Shown here: positions 1 to 9,280 of the stretch, piece after piece | How the letters are laid out: each line of letters opens with the position of its first letter | Position numbering within the stretch: position 1 is the first letter of the stretch | Virus record (IMG/VR): IMGVR_UViG_3300017963_000316 | Location: 1 to 54,666 of that record | From: a virus | Lineage: Duplodnaviria > Caudoviricetes | Length of the DNA: 54,666 nt | Reading direction: 5' to 3' (one strand) | Position numbers and translations under genes: made by a program | Notes under the pieces: generated by a model | What the model saw: the letters and a program-made list of their open reading frames with translations, nothing else | What the model was told of the DNA's origin: nothing | Database searches by the model: none

Positions 1-13
1 ATTTTTTCGGATA

Positions 14-211
14 TTGAAAATGTTATTGTGGGAAGGGTTAAAGCTTTCAGCAAATCAAAAGAGAGCATTCCGCAAACTACTCAACGAACCAGAGTGGTTG
101 ACTGCGGAGTGGCTTAATGAACGGAAGCAGACGCTCGATAGCTTGGTAAAGATGGGTCTTGCTACACAAAATGGAGACAAATACAAGATTAAGTATAGGA
201 TTATTGGTTAA
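14..211 (+). CDS. hypothetical protein
   Basis: 65-aa ORF whose stop abuts the next ATG. Confidence 0.5.
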   Translation: MKMLLWEGLKLSANQKRAFRKLLNEPEWLTAEWLNERKQTLDSLVKMGLATQNGDKYKIKYRIIG

Positions 212-658
212 ATGACAGACTTGCTGAAGCTGAAGTTAGAAAAAACTGGTAATGTAGTTGGTAAAGGCTGGCATGAATACAAATCAGATATGCCAGAAAT
301 TGACCATGTATTAGTCAAGTCTAGTGGTAGCGATTATCCATTAGCATTAGATATAATGATAATGCACGAACCCTTCAACGAGAAGGCAACAGTCTGTACT
401 GCTCATATTACAGAAATGGGTGTAAACAAAATCAATATGATAAAAGTTATTAGGGAACACACAAGTTGGGGGTTAAAAGAAAGTAAGACTTTCGTAGAAA
501 CCTTACCTAAAAAGCTAACACCTGCGGATGGGGTATCACGTGAAATGCTAAAATCCCTAGTGTCTGCTGTGAACAATGCTGGTGGCAAAGCAGAAATGAT
601 TATAGGTCGGCATTGTGATAGTTGTGAATTGAGATTTCGCTGTTTTACAGAACGATGA
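212..658 (+). CDS. ribosomal protein bL12 (L7/L12) C-terminal-domain protein with C-terminal Cys module
   Basis: NKINMIKVIREHTSWGLKESKTFVETLP...AGGKAE matches the L7/L12 CTD signature; ends HCDSCELRFRCFTER. Confidence 0.8.
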   Translation: MTDLLKLKLEKTGNVVGKGWHEYKSDMPEIDHVLVKSSGSDYPLALDIMIMHEPFNEKATVCTAHITEMGVNKINMIKVIREHTSWGLKESKTFVETLPKKLTPADGVSREMLKSLVSAVNNAGGKAEMIIGRHCDSCELRFRCFTER

Positions 659-927
659 AAAAACTCCTGTTCAATTGTGAGGGCAAGGAATACTATGCTA
701 ACGGACACGCTAATCATCGAATGAAAGTCAGAAAAATTACGTGTTCAGACATAGAAGCAGTGGTGGCACATCCTAGTAAGGTGGAAGAAAAAGGTTATGG
801 AACACTGTTTGAAGGTTTGCGGGATACAAGATTGTTACGAGTTTATTGTAGAGAAAAACCAACAGGATATGTTGAGATATTAACTACTCATTGGAGAGGA
901 AATGGAACTGGCAAAAGCAGAACATAG
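655..927 (+). CDS. DUF4258/RelE-fold-like small protein
   Basis: HANHRMKVRKITCSDIEAVV...LRVY...EILTTH pattern. Confidence 0.5.
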   Translation: MKKLLFNCEGKEYYANGHANHRMKVRKITCSDIEAVVAHPSKVEEKGYGTLFEGLRDTRLLRVYCREKPTGYVEILTTHWRGNGTGKSRT

Positions 928-1087
928 AAATGATTACACTTGGAAGGGGCTGACACTTGGTAAACTTCTTGCAATCCAAGCGGCTTTAACTGAAGCAGAG
1001 AAAGCGGGAACGCTTACGATTGTTGGGAACGATATTAAAATATTCCTAGACCATCAAGTGTTAGGTAAACAAGAACCTTTTGCATAA
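902..1087 (+). CDS. hypothetical protein
   Basis: GAGG upstream; TAATG coupling to the next gene. Confidence 0.55.
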   Translation: MELAKAEHRNDYTWKGLTLGKLLAIQAALTEAEKAGTLTIVGNDIKIFLDHQVLGKQEPFA

Positions 1088-1392
1088 TGGGAACAAAGTT
1101 ACAAATTGGGCAAATTGTAAAAGCAAGGATGCGTTTGGTGGTCTCTCCTTACTTGTATAGTAAGAGTGAGGCGAATCATTTTGAGATACCAAAGGGAACG
1201 ATAGGAGAAGTTGTAGATATTAAATGGAAGTCACAGAAAGGCAACAGATTTTTGGTGGACTTCTTGGGTTGTGGTAAGGGTTTTACACAGTTCTCCTTGC
1301 TTGCTCCTTGCATCATCTCTGAGATGTGTGATAAATGCACCTTTAAGTTTAGGTGTTTTACTAATAAAGTGAAATGGGGGAGAGTGTCTTGA
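1087..1392 (+). CDS. hypothetical protein with Cys module
   Basis: MCDKCTFKFRCFTN. Confidence 0.7.
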   Translation: MGTKLQIGQIVKARMRLVVSPYLYSKSEANHFEIPKGTIGEVVDIKWKSQKGNRFLVDFLGCGKGFTQFSLLAPCIISEMCDKCTFKFRCFTNKVKWGRVS

Positions 1393-2750
1393 GCATTAAG
1401 GATAAACTACAAGAACGATTACAAGGTAAATTAAGTAATGTAACATTCGAAAAGAACGTGGCAAGGGAGAACATAGTAGATGCTGTACCTGATTTAAGAG
1501 TATCAAGACCCAAAACATCAATAGAGGTATTTGAGTCCTTTAAGAGTATTAACCTCTTACCAGTATCTCCACTGTTGACTATGAAAGTTGGTGATAATGG
1601 AGAACGGCAAATAATTGATGGACAAACTAGAAAGATTGGTTTTCCCGATGCACAAAGCTTTTCTGCTTTAGTTATACCAGAAATGGATGAGGAACTCCAA
1701 ATTTTCTTAAATTATATTTTGAACTCAAAACGTTCAAATCTATCTGATTATGAGCGATTAAAAGCTTGTGAGGCTTTATTTGAGAGATTTGGGTGGGAAG
1801 CTAAGGAAATTGCGGAGACATTAAAATTCTCGTTAAAAGATGTTGAAAGACATATTGACTTGATAAGCTTTCCCGATGAAGTAAAAGATATGTTAAGATG
1901 TGAAGAAATTAGCCAACGTAAAATTGAGGAAGCAATGGGTGATTTATATAAAAATAATCCCCATGTTGATGTATCAATAAAAGATGCAGTAGCGAAAACA
2001 ATGGCGAACAAAGTTCACACAGAAAATCTTGGGCGTGATAGTATGCACGCTAAACATACACATGAAACACTTGACACAAATCTTGGTGTGATGCACAATG
2101 ATTATACACCAGAGCAAATTGTAGAAAGCTCTTATTTGGATGGGGAACAATCTAACTTTATTTGTGAACACCCTTCTAAGGTAGATGCTGTAGAACAACT
2201 TTTTAACGAAAGAAGTCCGAAGAAATACATAGGATTGTGTGCCGAAGGTCCGATACTTTATGATGCTGAAGGCAATAAAGTTACACAGATGCTACTGAGG
2301 GCTTCAACTAAGATAGGTAAAGATAATGTTTTTGGTGTGGGTTACTTTGAAGGTGCAAAAATAGATGATGTAATCGCATATGACTTACCTCATTATCGTG
2401 GAAATATGTTCAAATGGTTGGATACGGCTATACCCGACCCCGATGTTGAATTTATTTTCATTGACTCTTTTGGTGGTATGGATTTCTGGTCTAAACCACT
2501 ATTAGAGTTGCTGGCAGAAAAATACCCGAATGCAGAAATTGTAATTCTTGTCCAGAGTCGTTTCCATAATCGCAGGGGAGATATAGATAAGCTAGAGGAA
2601 GATTGTATTAAGTTTTGGGGTCTTGAAGTTCCTGACACATTAGAGGCATTTATTTCAAAGGCTACAACAAAACTTGGTCGTAGCATGGAAATATTTTGGA
2701 CAGAGGAAAACGAAAGTGGACAACCTGTCAGCTTGGTAAGGATTAATTAA
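1374..2750 (+). CDS. ParB/Srx-like N-terminal domain plus HTH protein with unidentified C-terminal alpha/beta domain
   Basis: RQIIDGQTR, NSKRSNLSDYER and EIAETLKFSLKDVERHI resemble ParB-HTH architecture. Confidence 0.65.
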   Translation: MGESVLSIKDKLQERLQGKLSNVTFEKNVARENIVDAVPDLRVSRPKTSIEVFESFKSINLLPVSPLLTMKVGDNGERQIIDGQTRKIGFPDAQSFSALVIPEMDEELQIFLNYILNSKRSNLSDYERLKACEALFERFGWEAKEIAETLKFSLKDVERHIDLISFPDEVKDMLRCEEISQRKIEEAMGDLYKNNPHVDVSIKDAVAKTMANKVHTENLGRDSMHAKHTHETLDTNLGVMHNDYTPEQIVESSYLDGEQSNFICEHPSKVDAVEQLFNERSPKKYIGLCAEGPILYDAEGNKVTQMLLRASTKIGKDNVFGVGYFEGAKIDDVIAYDLPHYRGNMFKWLDTAIPDPDVEFIFIDSFGGMDFWSKPLLELLAEKYPNAEIVILVQSRFHNRRGDIDKLEEDCIKFWGLEVPDTLEAFISKATTKLGRSMEIFWTEENESGQPVSLVRIN

Positions 2751-2947
2751 TGTTCTGGATAGTATTTGGTACGGCAAGTTTCACAACTCTAATAGTCAGT
2801 TGGGCAATGATGCTATGGTGGGCAAAAAGCTCAGTGAAAGCAAGAGAAGCTATACGAAAAAATGGTTTTTGTCCTGAATGTGGAGCACCATTGCTATTTA
2901 AGCCAAAAAGGAAGAAGAAAGAAAAGATAGGGTTTCGCACAAGATGA
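2750..2947 (+). CDS. small membrane protein with CPECG knuckle
   Basis: N-terminal hydrophobic helix; coupled start and stop. Confidence 0.55.
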   Translation: MFWIVFGTASFTTLIVSWAMMLWWAKSSVKAREAIRKNGFCPECGAPLLFKPKRKKKEKIGFRTR

Positions 2948-3435
2948 TAGAAACAGTGGCATGGGTTCTTCCAAGACCAAGTAAGTCAAAATATATTGGT
3001 AGCTTTCCTCTACATTTCGAGAGGAAACTTCTAAACTTGCTTGGAATGAATGAGCATGATTACAAAATACTTCATCCTTTTGGGGGCAAAGCGGAGTTCG
3101 GTATTCGGTGTGACATAAATCCTGATGTTGAACCCGATTATATTTGTGATGCACACAACCTACCATTTAGTGATAATGAGTTTGATTTGGTAGTGCTTGA
3201 CCCACCTTATAGTGATGAACTGTCAGCAGGGCTATATGGGACTGGCAAATTAAAGTTTAAGACTTATACTGCGGAAGCGGTGAGAGTATGCAAACCAGGT
3301 GGCTACGTAGTAATGTACCATCGCTCCGCAACGCCAGGGATTGCTGGTACTAAGCTGGTTAAGCGAATACTAATAGAAACGAGGATATGGCATCAGGGAA
3401 GAATTGTCCATATTCATCAAAAGGGGATAGAATGA
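2944..3435 (+). CDS. SAM-dependent N6-adenine/N4-cytosine methyltransferase-like protein
   Basis: LHPFGG motif I-like segment and FDLVVLDPPY motif IV. Confidence 0.75.
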   Translation: MIETVAWVLPRPSKSKYIGSFPLHFERKLLNLLGMNEHDYKILHPFGGKAEFGIRCDINPDVEPDYICDAHNLPFSDNEFDLVVLDPPYSDELSAGLYGTGKLKFKTYTAEAVRVCKPGGYVVMYHRSATPGIAGTKLVKRILIETRIWHQGRIVHIHQKGIE

Positions 3436-3578
3436 ACTCTTTACTATATCACTGTAACGATTGTGATGGTCGGGAATTTATAATTGATGATGAAGAAGCA
3501 TTAGTTCCCAAGACTTATCCACCCTACTGTCCTTATTGTGGCAAGAAGGATGGTGTGGAGTTTGTTGGAGAGCTATGA
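3432..3578 (+). CDS. small zinc-ribbon protein
   Basis: CNDC...CPYCG; ATGA overlap with the upstream stop. Confidence 0.55.
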   Translation: MNSLLYHCNDCDGREFIIDDEEALVPKTYPPYCPYCGKKDGVEFVGEL

Positions 3579-3823
3579 AACCAGAGTGTAAATTAACTGA
3601 GCAGAATGGCAATGTCTTCAATCTCGCTGGAATAGTTATCAGGACTCTAAAAAGGGTTGAACGGAGCGAGGAAAGATGTAGTGATTGCCACCATAAGTTC
3701 AAATGCTACACAGAACGGAACAGGACTTGCTATTTAGTAGAGGAATTTCAAACTCGATTACAAGACTGCGGAAGTTATGATGAGGCTCTACAGCTAATGA
3801 TGGAATATGTGGAGGTTATCTAA
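3575..3823 (+). CDS. small hypothetical protein with internally inserted Cys module
   Basis: KPECKLTEQNGNVFNL...CSDCHHKFKCYTER...GSYDEALQLMMEYVEV. Confidence 0.7.
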   Translation: MKPECKLTEQNGNVFNLAGIVIRTLKRVERSEERCSDCHHKFKCYTERNRTCYLVEEFQTRLQDCGSYDEALQLMMEYVEVI

Positions 3824-4384
3824 ATGCACATGGTAATTAAGGTTATCGTCTTTGCCGAAGATGAAGAAGAAGCACTGAGTGAAGCTCAATGTATCTTAGA
3901 TAGCTTATGTGGAGAAAGTGAACCGTTTGACTACTACAACACTTTTGATGATGTGTATGCTACGGAGCGATGGGGAGAATTACCAAAAGTTATTAGAGTG
4001 TGTGCTGATTTGGGGTCAGAGAAGTGCGAGGAATGTAAGGAACGCTTCCGTTGTTATACTACACAGATGAACGGAATGCTAGAAGAAGCCATGCAACAGA
4101 CAAAGCAGGAATTCTTTGAACATCTTGGTATGATAAAGAAATTTCTCACCACGCACGATGATGACCAACTCTTTGAAGATGGTGATTTTAAGTACCATTG
4201 TCATTCGGCTGGACAATATCAAGGTCCAAATGTCTGGCTTTATGACCAAGATGGTGAGGGTATTAGAGATAGTGAACACTTGAAAAATGTTCTCAGCAAA
4301 TGGGCTTGCAATAATGGTGGACAACCAATTCCTGAGTTAGCAAATAAAAATACATACGTTATTCCAGCAGATGTCCATTACTAG
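3824..4384 (+). CDS. hypothetical protein with internal Cys module
   Basis: KCEECKERFRCYTT; ends PADVHY. Confidence 0.75.
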   Translation: MHMVIKVIVFAEDEEEALSEAQCILDSLCGESEPFDYYNTFDDVYATERWGELPKVIRVCADLGSEKCEECKERFRCYTTQMNGMLEEAMQQTKQEFFEHLGMIKKFLTTHDDDQLFEDGDFKYHCHSAGQYQGPNVWLYDQDGEGIRDSEHLKNVLSKWACNNGGQPIPELANKNTYVIPADVHY

Positions 4385-4394
4385 CCATAAAAGG

Positions 4395-4426
4395 GGCTTG
4401 ACATCTACACTGGCGTATGGTATAAT
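4395..4426 (+). promoter_or_regulatory. sigma70/sigmaA-type promoter with extended -10
   Basis: GGC TTGACA N17 TATAAT, preceded by TGG. Confidence 0.85.
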
Positions 4427-4655
4427 GAAAGAAAGGGGTGAAATCCATGACCTGACGATGTATAAAATAGAATGTTTTATATTAGATTTTATGCTTTGGG
4501 GGAAAGTTCCTCAACGCTAGGTACAAATGGGTATTTATAAAAGTTGGATCAACGCCTTGAAGCAATGTGCTTCAATGCACCTTTATAATTTAGATTGTAA
4601 TAAAATTACTAAACTTGAGAAAAGGTGGAGCGTGAAAAGAAAGTTTCCTTATTAA

Positions 4656-5192
4656 GTGATGAAAGTGCGGGGCTATGAATTGAGAATAGATAGAGTATGG
4701 GCAATGCCGAGCAGAAATACATTTACGATAAAACCGATTGCGGAGCTTCTTAAAGAAGAAGTAGGTGAAGGGTTATGGATTGACCCCTTTTGTGGTGAGA
4801 ATAGCCCCGCACACATCACGAACGACTTGAAACCAGAGATTAAAGCAGATTTCAATGTTGATGCCATTGACTTCCTCAAAATGTTTGATGATGAGAGTGT
4901 TGATGGCGTTCTATATGACCCACCATATAGTGTTAGACAAGTAGCAGAATGCTACAAACACGTGGGTTATGTAGTAACACAAGAAACTACAAGAGCGAAT
5001 TTCTGGTCTGATACAAAACGTGAGGTCGGGAGAATTACTAAAGTTGGGGGTAAAGTCATTTGTTGCGGATGGAACACAATGGGGATAGGAAAGACTCGTG
5101 GCTTTGAAATGCAAAGGATACTTCTAGTCCCTCATGGCGGACCTCACAACGATACGATTATAACGGTAGAGATAAAGGTAAGGAATGTTTGA
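4656..5192 (+). CDS. adenine-specific DNA methyltransferase-like protein
   Basis: WIDPFCG and VDGVLYDPPYS motifs. Confidence 0.8.
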   Translation: MMKVRGYELRIDRVWAMPSRNTFTIKPIAELLKEEVGEGLWIDPFCGENSPAHITNDLKPEIKADFNVDAIDFLKMFDDESVDGVLYDPPYSVRQVAECYKHVGYVVTQETTRANFWSDTKREVGRITKVGGKVICCGWNTMGIGKTRGFEMQRILLVPHGGPHNDTIITVEIKVRNV

Positions 5193-6186
5193 GAAATTAT
5201 TTAAGAACTTGTTTAATAGATGTGCTGTTTGCGGTAAAGTGGGCAGTCCAGATGACGGAACACTAATCATAGCACATGGTGTTTATATGTGCAGAGAGTG
5301 TTTAGGAGCAGAAACAAGCCAACCAAAGACCAAAACTGGTAAGTCAAAGCATGGTTGGAATGAACTTGTTTCTCCTAGAGACTTTGAGAGCTTTATCGGA
5401 CAAGAACCTATAAAGTCAGAGTTGAACACTATATTAAGAGCGACTAAGAAACATGGAATTCCAGTTCAACACGTGCTCTTTAGTGGCAACTTTGGTTTAG
5501 GTAAAACAACGCTTGCTAACATTTTTGCAAGTATGGTTGGAAAATACAGCTACGTAACTGCTGTAAACATTCGGGATGAGCAGGATTTTCCCAAAACTCA
5601 GGTTGTTGTTGTAGATGAGGTACATACAATTCGGGATGAGGAATGGTTGCTGACAATTATGGACAAGGGTGAACAGACCATACTTGGAGCGACCACAACG
5701 GCTGGTACTTTGAGTGGACCTCTCCGTTCCAGATTTGTTTCTCTGGTCTTAGAACCTTATTCTGTTGAAGAATTGCAGAGAATGGTAGTTGGAGCGGCAA
5801 AGAATTTGAAGTACGATTGTCCTGATTATGTAAGTTACGAAGTAGCTCGTAGAGGAAAGACAGTAGCTCGTATAGCTCTATTTTTGTTCAAGAGAATATA
5901 CGACAGGATAATATTGAGCGATACTCCTGTCACCCCTGAACTACTAAATGAATGGTTTGAGGGGATGCAAATTGATGCTGATGGGTTAGACAATGCAGAT
6001 AGAGCATACATTGGTTGTCTTTCGGATAGACCGACTGGTATTCAGAATCTATCAGCAATGACTGGTATGGATAGAGTCACGATTGAGGAATCAGTAGAAC
6101 CCTATCTCCTAACTCATGGATTTGTTAAGAGAACACCAAGAGGCAGAATTTTAGGAGATAGAGAAGTTATAGGAGTGTGGAAATAA
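5185..6186 (+). CDS. ruvB: RuvB-like Holliday junction branch-migration ATPase with N-terminal Zn finger
   Basis: FIGQE, HVLFSGNFGLGKTTLA, DEVH, GATT, PLRSRF, EPYLL...RTPRGR; N-terminal CAVC...CREC. Confidence 0.85.
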   Translation: MFEKLFKNLFNRCAVCGKVGSPDDGTLIIAHGVYMCRECLGAETSQPKTKTGKSKHGWNELVSPRDFESFIGQEPIKSELNTILRATKKHGIPVQHVLFSGNFGLGKTTLANIFASMVGKYSYVTAVNIRDEQDFPKTQVVVVDEVHTIRDEEWLLTIMDKGEQTILGATTTAGTLSGPLRSRFVSLVLEPYSVEELQRMVVGAAKNLKYDCPDYVSYEVARRGKTVARIALFLFKRIYDRIILSDTPVTPELLNEWFEGMQIDADGLDNADRAYIGCLSDRPTGIQNLSAMTGMDRVTIEESVEPYLLTHGFVKRTPRGRILGDREVIGVWK

Positions 6187-6383
6187 TGGGAGCAATATTA
6201 AATGTGTGTTGCATATACTTTGATAAAGAAAGTTATAACTGCAAATTCATGCCTAAGATATGGGGTATTTGGAGCAGGAAGTGTGTGCAAGTAGACAATC
6301 CATTTGAACCATGCCATCTACAGAAAGAATATCCTAACCCTATCACTAAAGAAATTTTACAAGCAAATGGAGTAATTCATTGA
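6177..6383 (+). CDS. Cys-rich hypothetical protein
   Basis: ORF in the operon flow. Confidence 0.45.
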   Translation: MEIMGAILNVCCIYFDKESYNCKFMPKIWGIWSRKCVQVDNPFEPCHLQKEYPNPITKEILQANGVIH

Positions 6384-6444
6384 CATTCTTTGTAGTGATG
6401 ATTATAGCACTACTGATAGCAATATTTATTGTATTGGGAAGGAA

Positions 6445-6759
6445 ATGACTCAGCCACAACATAAGATAGTCACTATAACATTGGAGGGCAATAGAGACTT
6501 CGATGGTTTTGACTGCCGAGGTCGGGTTAAAAGTCTCTGTGATGGTTGTAGGCTGAGATTTTTATGCCTATCAGAACGGGACAACATACAAATCTCAAGC
6601 GAGATTATCAAAGAACATAAAATAAAAGACCTGAAAAGTGTGGTGAATTATATGTTCGGTGAGGGCAGAATTCCTTACGAAATTAAAGAAAGTACACGCA
6701 CCACTCCATCAGGTGACACGGAAACTAGACTTATAATGAGGGCAAAAGATGGAAGATAA
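6445..6759 (+). CDS. hypothetical protein with Cys module
   Basis: DCRGRVKSLCDGCRLRFLCLSER. Confidence 0.7.
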   Translation: MTQPQHKIVTITLEGNRDFDGFDCRGRVKSLCDGCRLRFLCLSERDNIQISSEIIKEHKIKDLKSVVNYMFGEGRIPYEIKESTRTTPSGDTETRLIMRAKDGR

Positions 6760-7207
6760 AGAGATTTTAGAACGCTGTCATAAGGGGGAATGTATCTGCG
6801 ATGGATGCGAGAGACGCTTCATATGTTGGACAACTAAGCGTGTTTTCAGTGACCCGACACACCAAGCACTGTATGAAGCATACATAGCAGAGGGGCTTCC
6901 ACACGAAGAAGCACTTAAAGAAGTGGAGGAAGTGCTACAACGTGCAATAATGGAAGCGGCAATAAGAGAAGCATCAAAGCACCCAAAGAAACCAGACTTT
7001 GACAAAGTGGATATTTGGGAAGATAAGTGGAAGAAAGACGAGTGGAGAGACGTACCCAAATTTCCAGATTACGGTAAGTGGATAAAGTGGCAGAATGACC
7101 CTAACAGGATATATGATATTATGAAACTTCCTGTGGATGATGCCAAGAAAGAAATTAAAGACCTAACAAAATATTTTAGGAGCATGATAAGTGGAAAAAG
7201 CACCTAA
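6749..7207 (+). CDS. hypothetical protein with N-terminal Cys module
   Basis: CHKGECICDGCERRFICWTT. Confidence 0.7.
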   Translation: MEDKEILERCHKGECICDGCERRFICWTTKRVFSDPTHQALYEAYIAEGLPHEEALKEVEEVLQRAIMEAAIREASKHPKKPDFDKVDIWEDKWKKDEWRDVPKFPDYGKWIKWQNDPNRIYDIMKLPVDDAKKEIKDLTKYFRSMISGKST

Positions 7208-7925
7208 AGGAAAATGTGAGGAATGTCCACTAATCCAAGCAATATTAGTTCCATCAGAGCTACACGATAAATCTAAGGTGTTGTTCTTGGCAGAAGCACC
7301 AGGTTATCACGAAGCAAAAGAGGGTAGACCCCTAGTTGGTGTGGCAGGTCAAGACTTTAATCGCATTATGACGGATTGTGGAGCAAAACGAGAGGACGGA
7401 AATTACATCAATGCTGTCACTTGTAGACCTACAAAAGTTGTGGATGGCAAAACCTATAATCGTACACCAACTGATGTGGAGATACGGTGCTGTAATGATA
7501 GATTATACTATGAGGTAGAGGCACTATCGCCTGTGGTCATTGTCTGCATGGGGAAGATACCCTATGTTGCTTTGGGTGGTAATTCAAAAGTTGCAATGAA
7601 AGATATTGTAGGAACTAGGTTTATTTGGCGACAAAAATACAGTGTAATTGTAACTTATCATCCAGCGGCAATTGCACATTCTGGTGGTACTGGAACTGAG
7701 CGAGGCAAAGTAATAAGGGATGAAATTGAGAAAGCGGTGAAGGAAGCATTGAGCATTAAGCACGCAGACAAACAGATGCGATTGCTCGATGCACCCATTG
7801 TGTTTGACCCTAAGCTTCAACCAATATTGGTTGATATGGAAAAGCAGAAGATAAATTGTAATCTGTGGTGGAAAGACCCAAGTAAGTGCGATAAATGCAA
7901 GCAAAAATTTTATTGCTTTAGATAA
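7191..7925 (+). CDS. uracil-DNA glycosylase family 4 (Fe-S) with C-terminal Cys module
   Basis: CEECPL, AEAPG..E...GRPLVG, NAVTCRP, NRTPT, TYHPA; tail CDKCKQKFYCFR. Confidence 0.88.
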   Translation: MEKAPKGKCEECPLIQAILVPSELHDKSKVLFLAEAPGYHEAKEGRPLVGVAGQDFNRIMTDCGAKREDGNYINAVTCRPTKVVDGKTYNRTPTDVEIRCCNDRLYYEVEALSPVVIVCMGKIPYVALGGNSKVAMKDIVGTRFIWRQKYSVIVTYHPAAIAHSGGTGTERGKVIRDEIEKAVKEALSIKHADKQMRLLDAPIVFDPKLQPILVDMEKQKINCNLWWKDPSKCDKCKQKFYCFR

Positions 7926-7926
7926 A

Positions 7927-8250
7927 ATGGAACGAAAAACAATACTAATAAAAAATGATGTTTATGATGATAGACCTTTTTATATCAAAAAAGTAATCTG
8001 TCATAACCTAGAGCATCCAGAGCTTTGTGAGCAGTGCCGATTAAGGTTTAAGTGCTATAGTGTAAGGGCTAAGAATGAGAGTGTCTTAAATGCTAGTGAC
8101 ATTGAGGTTATGTTAAGTACAATATTGAACACAAATAAAGAGCACAAAAATTATCTGGAAGCACAGTTTATGATGGAAGAATATATGTTTGGGCATCAAT
8201 TGGATTTGACAGATGCGGCTATGGTGAAGGTATGGATGAGCAACAGGTAG
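7927..8250 (+). CDS. hypothetical protein with Cys module
   Basis: CHNLEHPELCEQCRLRFKCYS. Confidence 0.7.
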   Translation: MERKTILIKNDVYDDRPFYIKKVICHNLEHPELCEQCRLRFKCYSVRAKNESVLNASDIEVMLSTILNTNKEHKNYLEAQFMMEEYMFGHQLDLTDAAMVKVWMSNR

Positions 8251-8576
8251 AACCGAGAACAATAAAAGTTCTTGGTGATGGTGAAGAAAGAAATAGAGAA
8301 ATTGAGAGGTATCGTGACTTTATCTGCTTTGGCAGAAAGAATGTAGATGAAGTTTGTGGTAATTGTAAGCTACGCTTCGCTTGTTTTTCTACACGTGATG
8401 ATATAGAAATACCAGTAAGAGAGTTCCGCAAGAGAAGCATTAAAGATGTAACTGTTAAGATGGTTGCAAATAAATATTCTGCTTTAAGATACAAATTCAG
8501 GAAAGCAAAGAATTGGCAGGATAGAGATAGAGTACAAATAGACTTTGAAAAGGTGGTGAGGAAAGATGACGTGTGA
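8232..8576 (+). CDS. hypothetical protein with Cys module
   Basis: CFGRKNVDEVCGNCKLRFACFST. Confidence 0.7.
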   Translation: MDEQQVEPRTIKVLGDGEERNREIERYRDFICFGRKNVDEVCGNCKLRFACFSTRDDIEIPVREFRKRSIKDVTVKMVANKYSALRYKFRKAKNWQDRDRVQIDFEKVVRKDDV

Positions 8577-9276
8577 ATATACTCCGCCGAAAGTGTTTGA
8601 GTTTAGTCCAGAGGCAAACAAACAAGTTGTGTATCTAAGTGGACCTCATGGCGTTGGTAAGTCTACTTTAATAGAGGACTTGAAAAGCTTTGACAGGAAA
8701 AGAATCGTAGAGCAAATTGCTCATATGGAAGGACTTACTGACAATGTTAGCCGTCAGATTTGGCGAAACGCTCTACATTGCATTGAACATAGGGAGAATT
8801 TGAACTACGTAATGAACCAACCACCAAACTCAGTGGTCATTGGAGATAGGTGTTTCTTAGACGACATAGCTTATGTTGATGCCTGTACTGAGCTTGGGTG
8901 GATAACACCAGAGCACAGAAAGGGAATTTTTGAGAATGCCGAATTTCAATATCAAATGTCAGGAACTCCAAAACCAGAGAACTTTATTATCTTACTTCCT
9001 CCGATGGAGTGGAACATCGAGAGAATTGAAGAAAGATGGCAAGAAGGAATCCCTGCAAAATGGTGTGAGAAAAACTTCCATTACTTAGGTATTGTCCGAA
9101 AGCAATTTGAGCATCTTGGTTGGGCTTATAGCGATAAGGCTATAGTTGTTGAGGAAACTAGCCGAGAAGGTAGAGTTAAGAGAGTAAAAAATTGGTTAAA
9201 CGACCACAACTTAGAGGACTTTATCGTTGAGGGTAGAACCTATATTGAGGGTATAAGAAGTTCAGTCGGAAGTTAA
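8566..9276 (+). CDS. P-loop nucleoside/nucleotide kinase-like ATPase
   Basis: LSGPHGVGKST Walker A; IGDRC (DR motif of dNMP/dN kinases). Confidence 0.75.
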   Translation: MTCEYTPPKVFEFSPEANKQVVYLSGPHGVGKSTLIEDLKSFDRKRIVEQIAHMEGLTDNVSRQIWRNALHCIEHRENLNYVMNQPPNSVVIGDRCFLDDIAYVDACTELGWITPEHRKGIFENAEFQYQMSGTPKPENFIILLPPMEWNIERIEERWQEGIPAKWCEKNFHYLGIVRKQFEHLGWAYSDKAIVVEETSREGRVKRVKNWLNDHNLEDFIVEGRTYIEGIRSSVGS

Positions 9277-9280
9277 ATAT

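Noticed and set aside
4458-4655. ORF-like stretch with an in-frame TAG at 4518, suggesting stop-codon reassignment
   Set aside because: Many genes end cleanly at TAG or TGA with tight coupling to the next start, long genes are uninterrupted in the standard code, and no CUA/UCA suppressor tRNA was found. Two short ORFs or chance is more likely.
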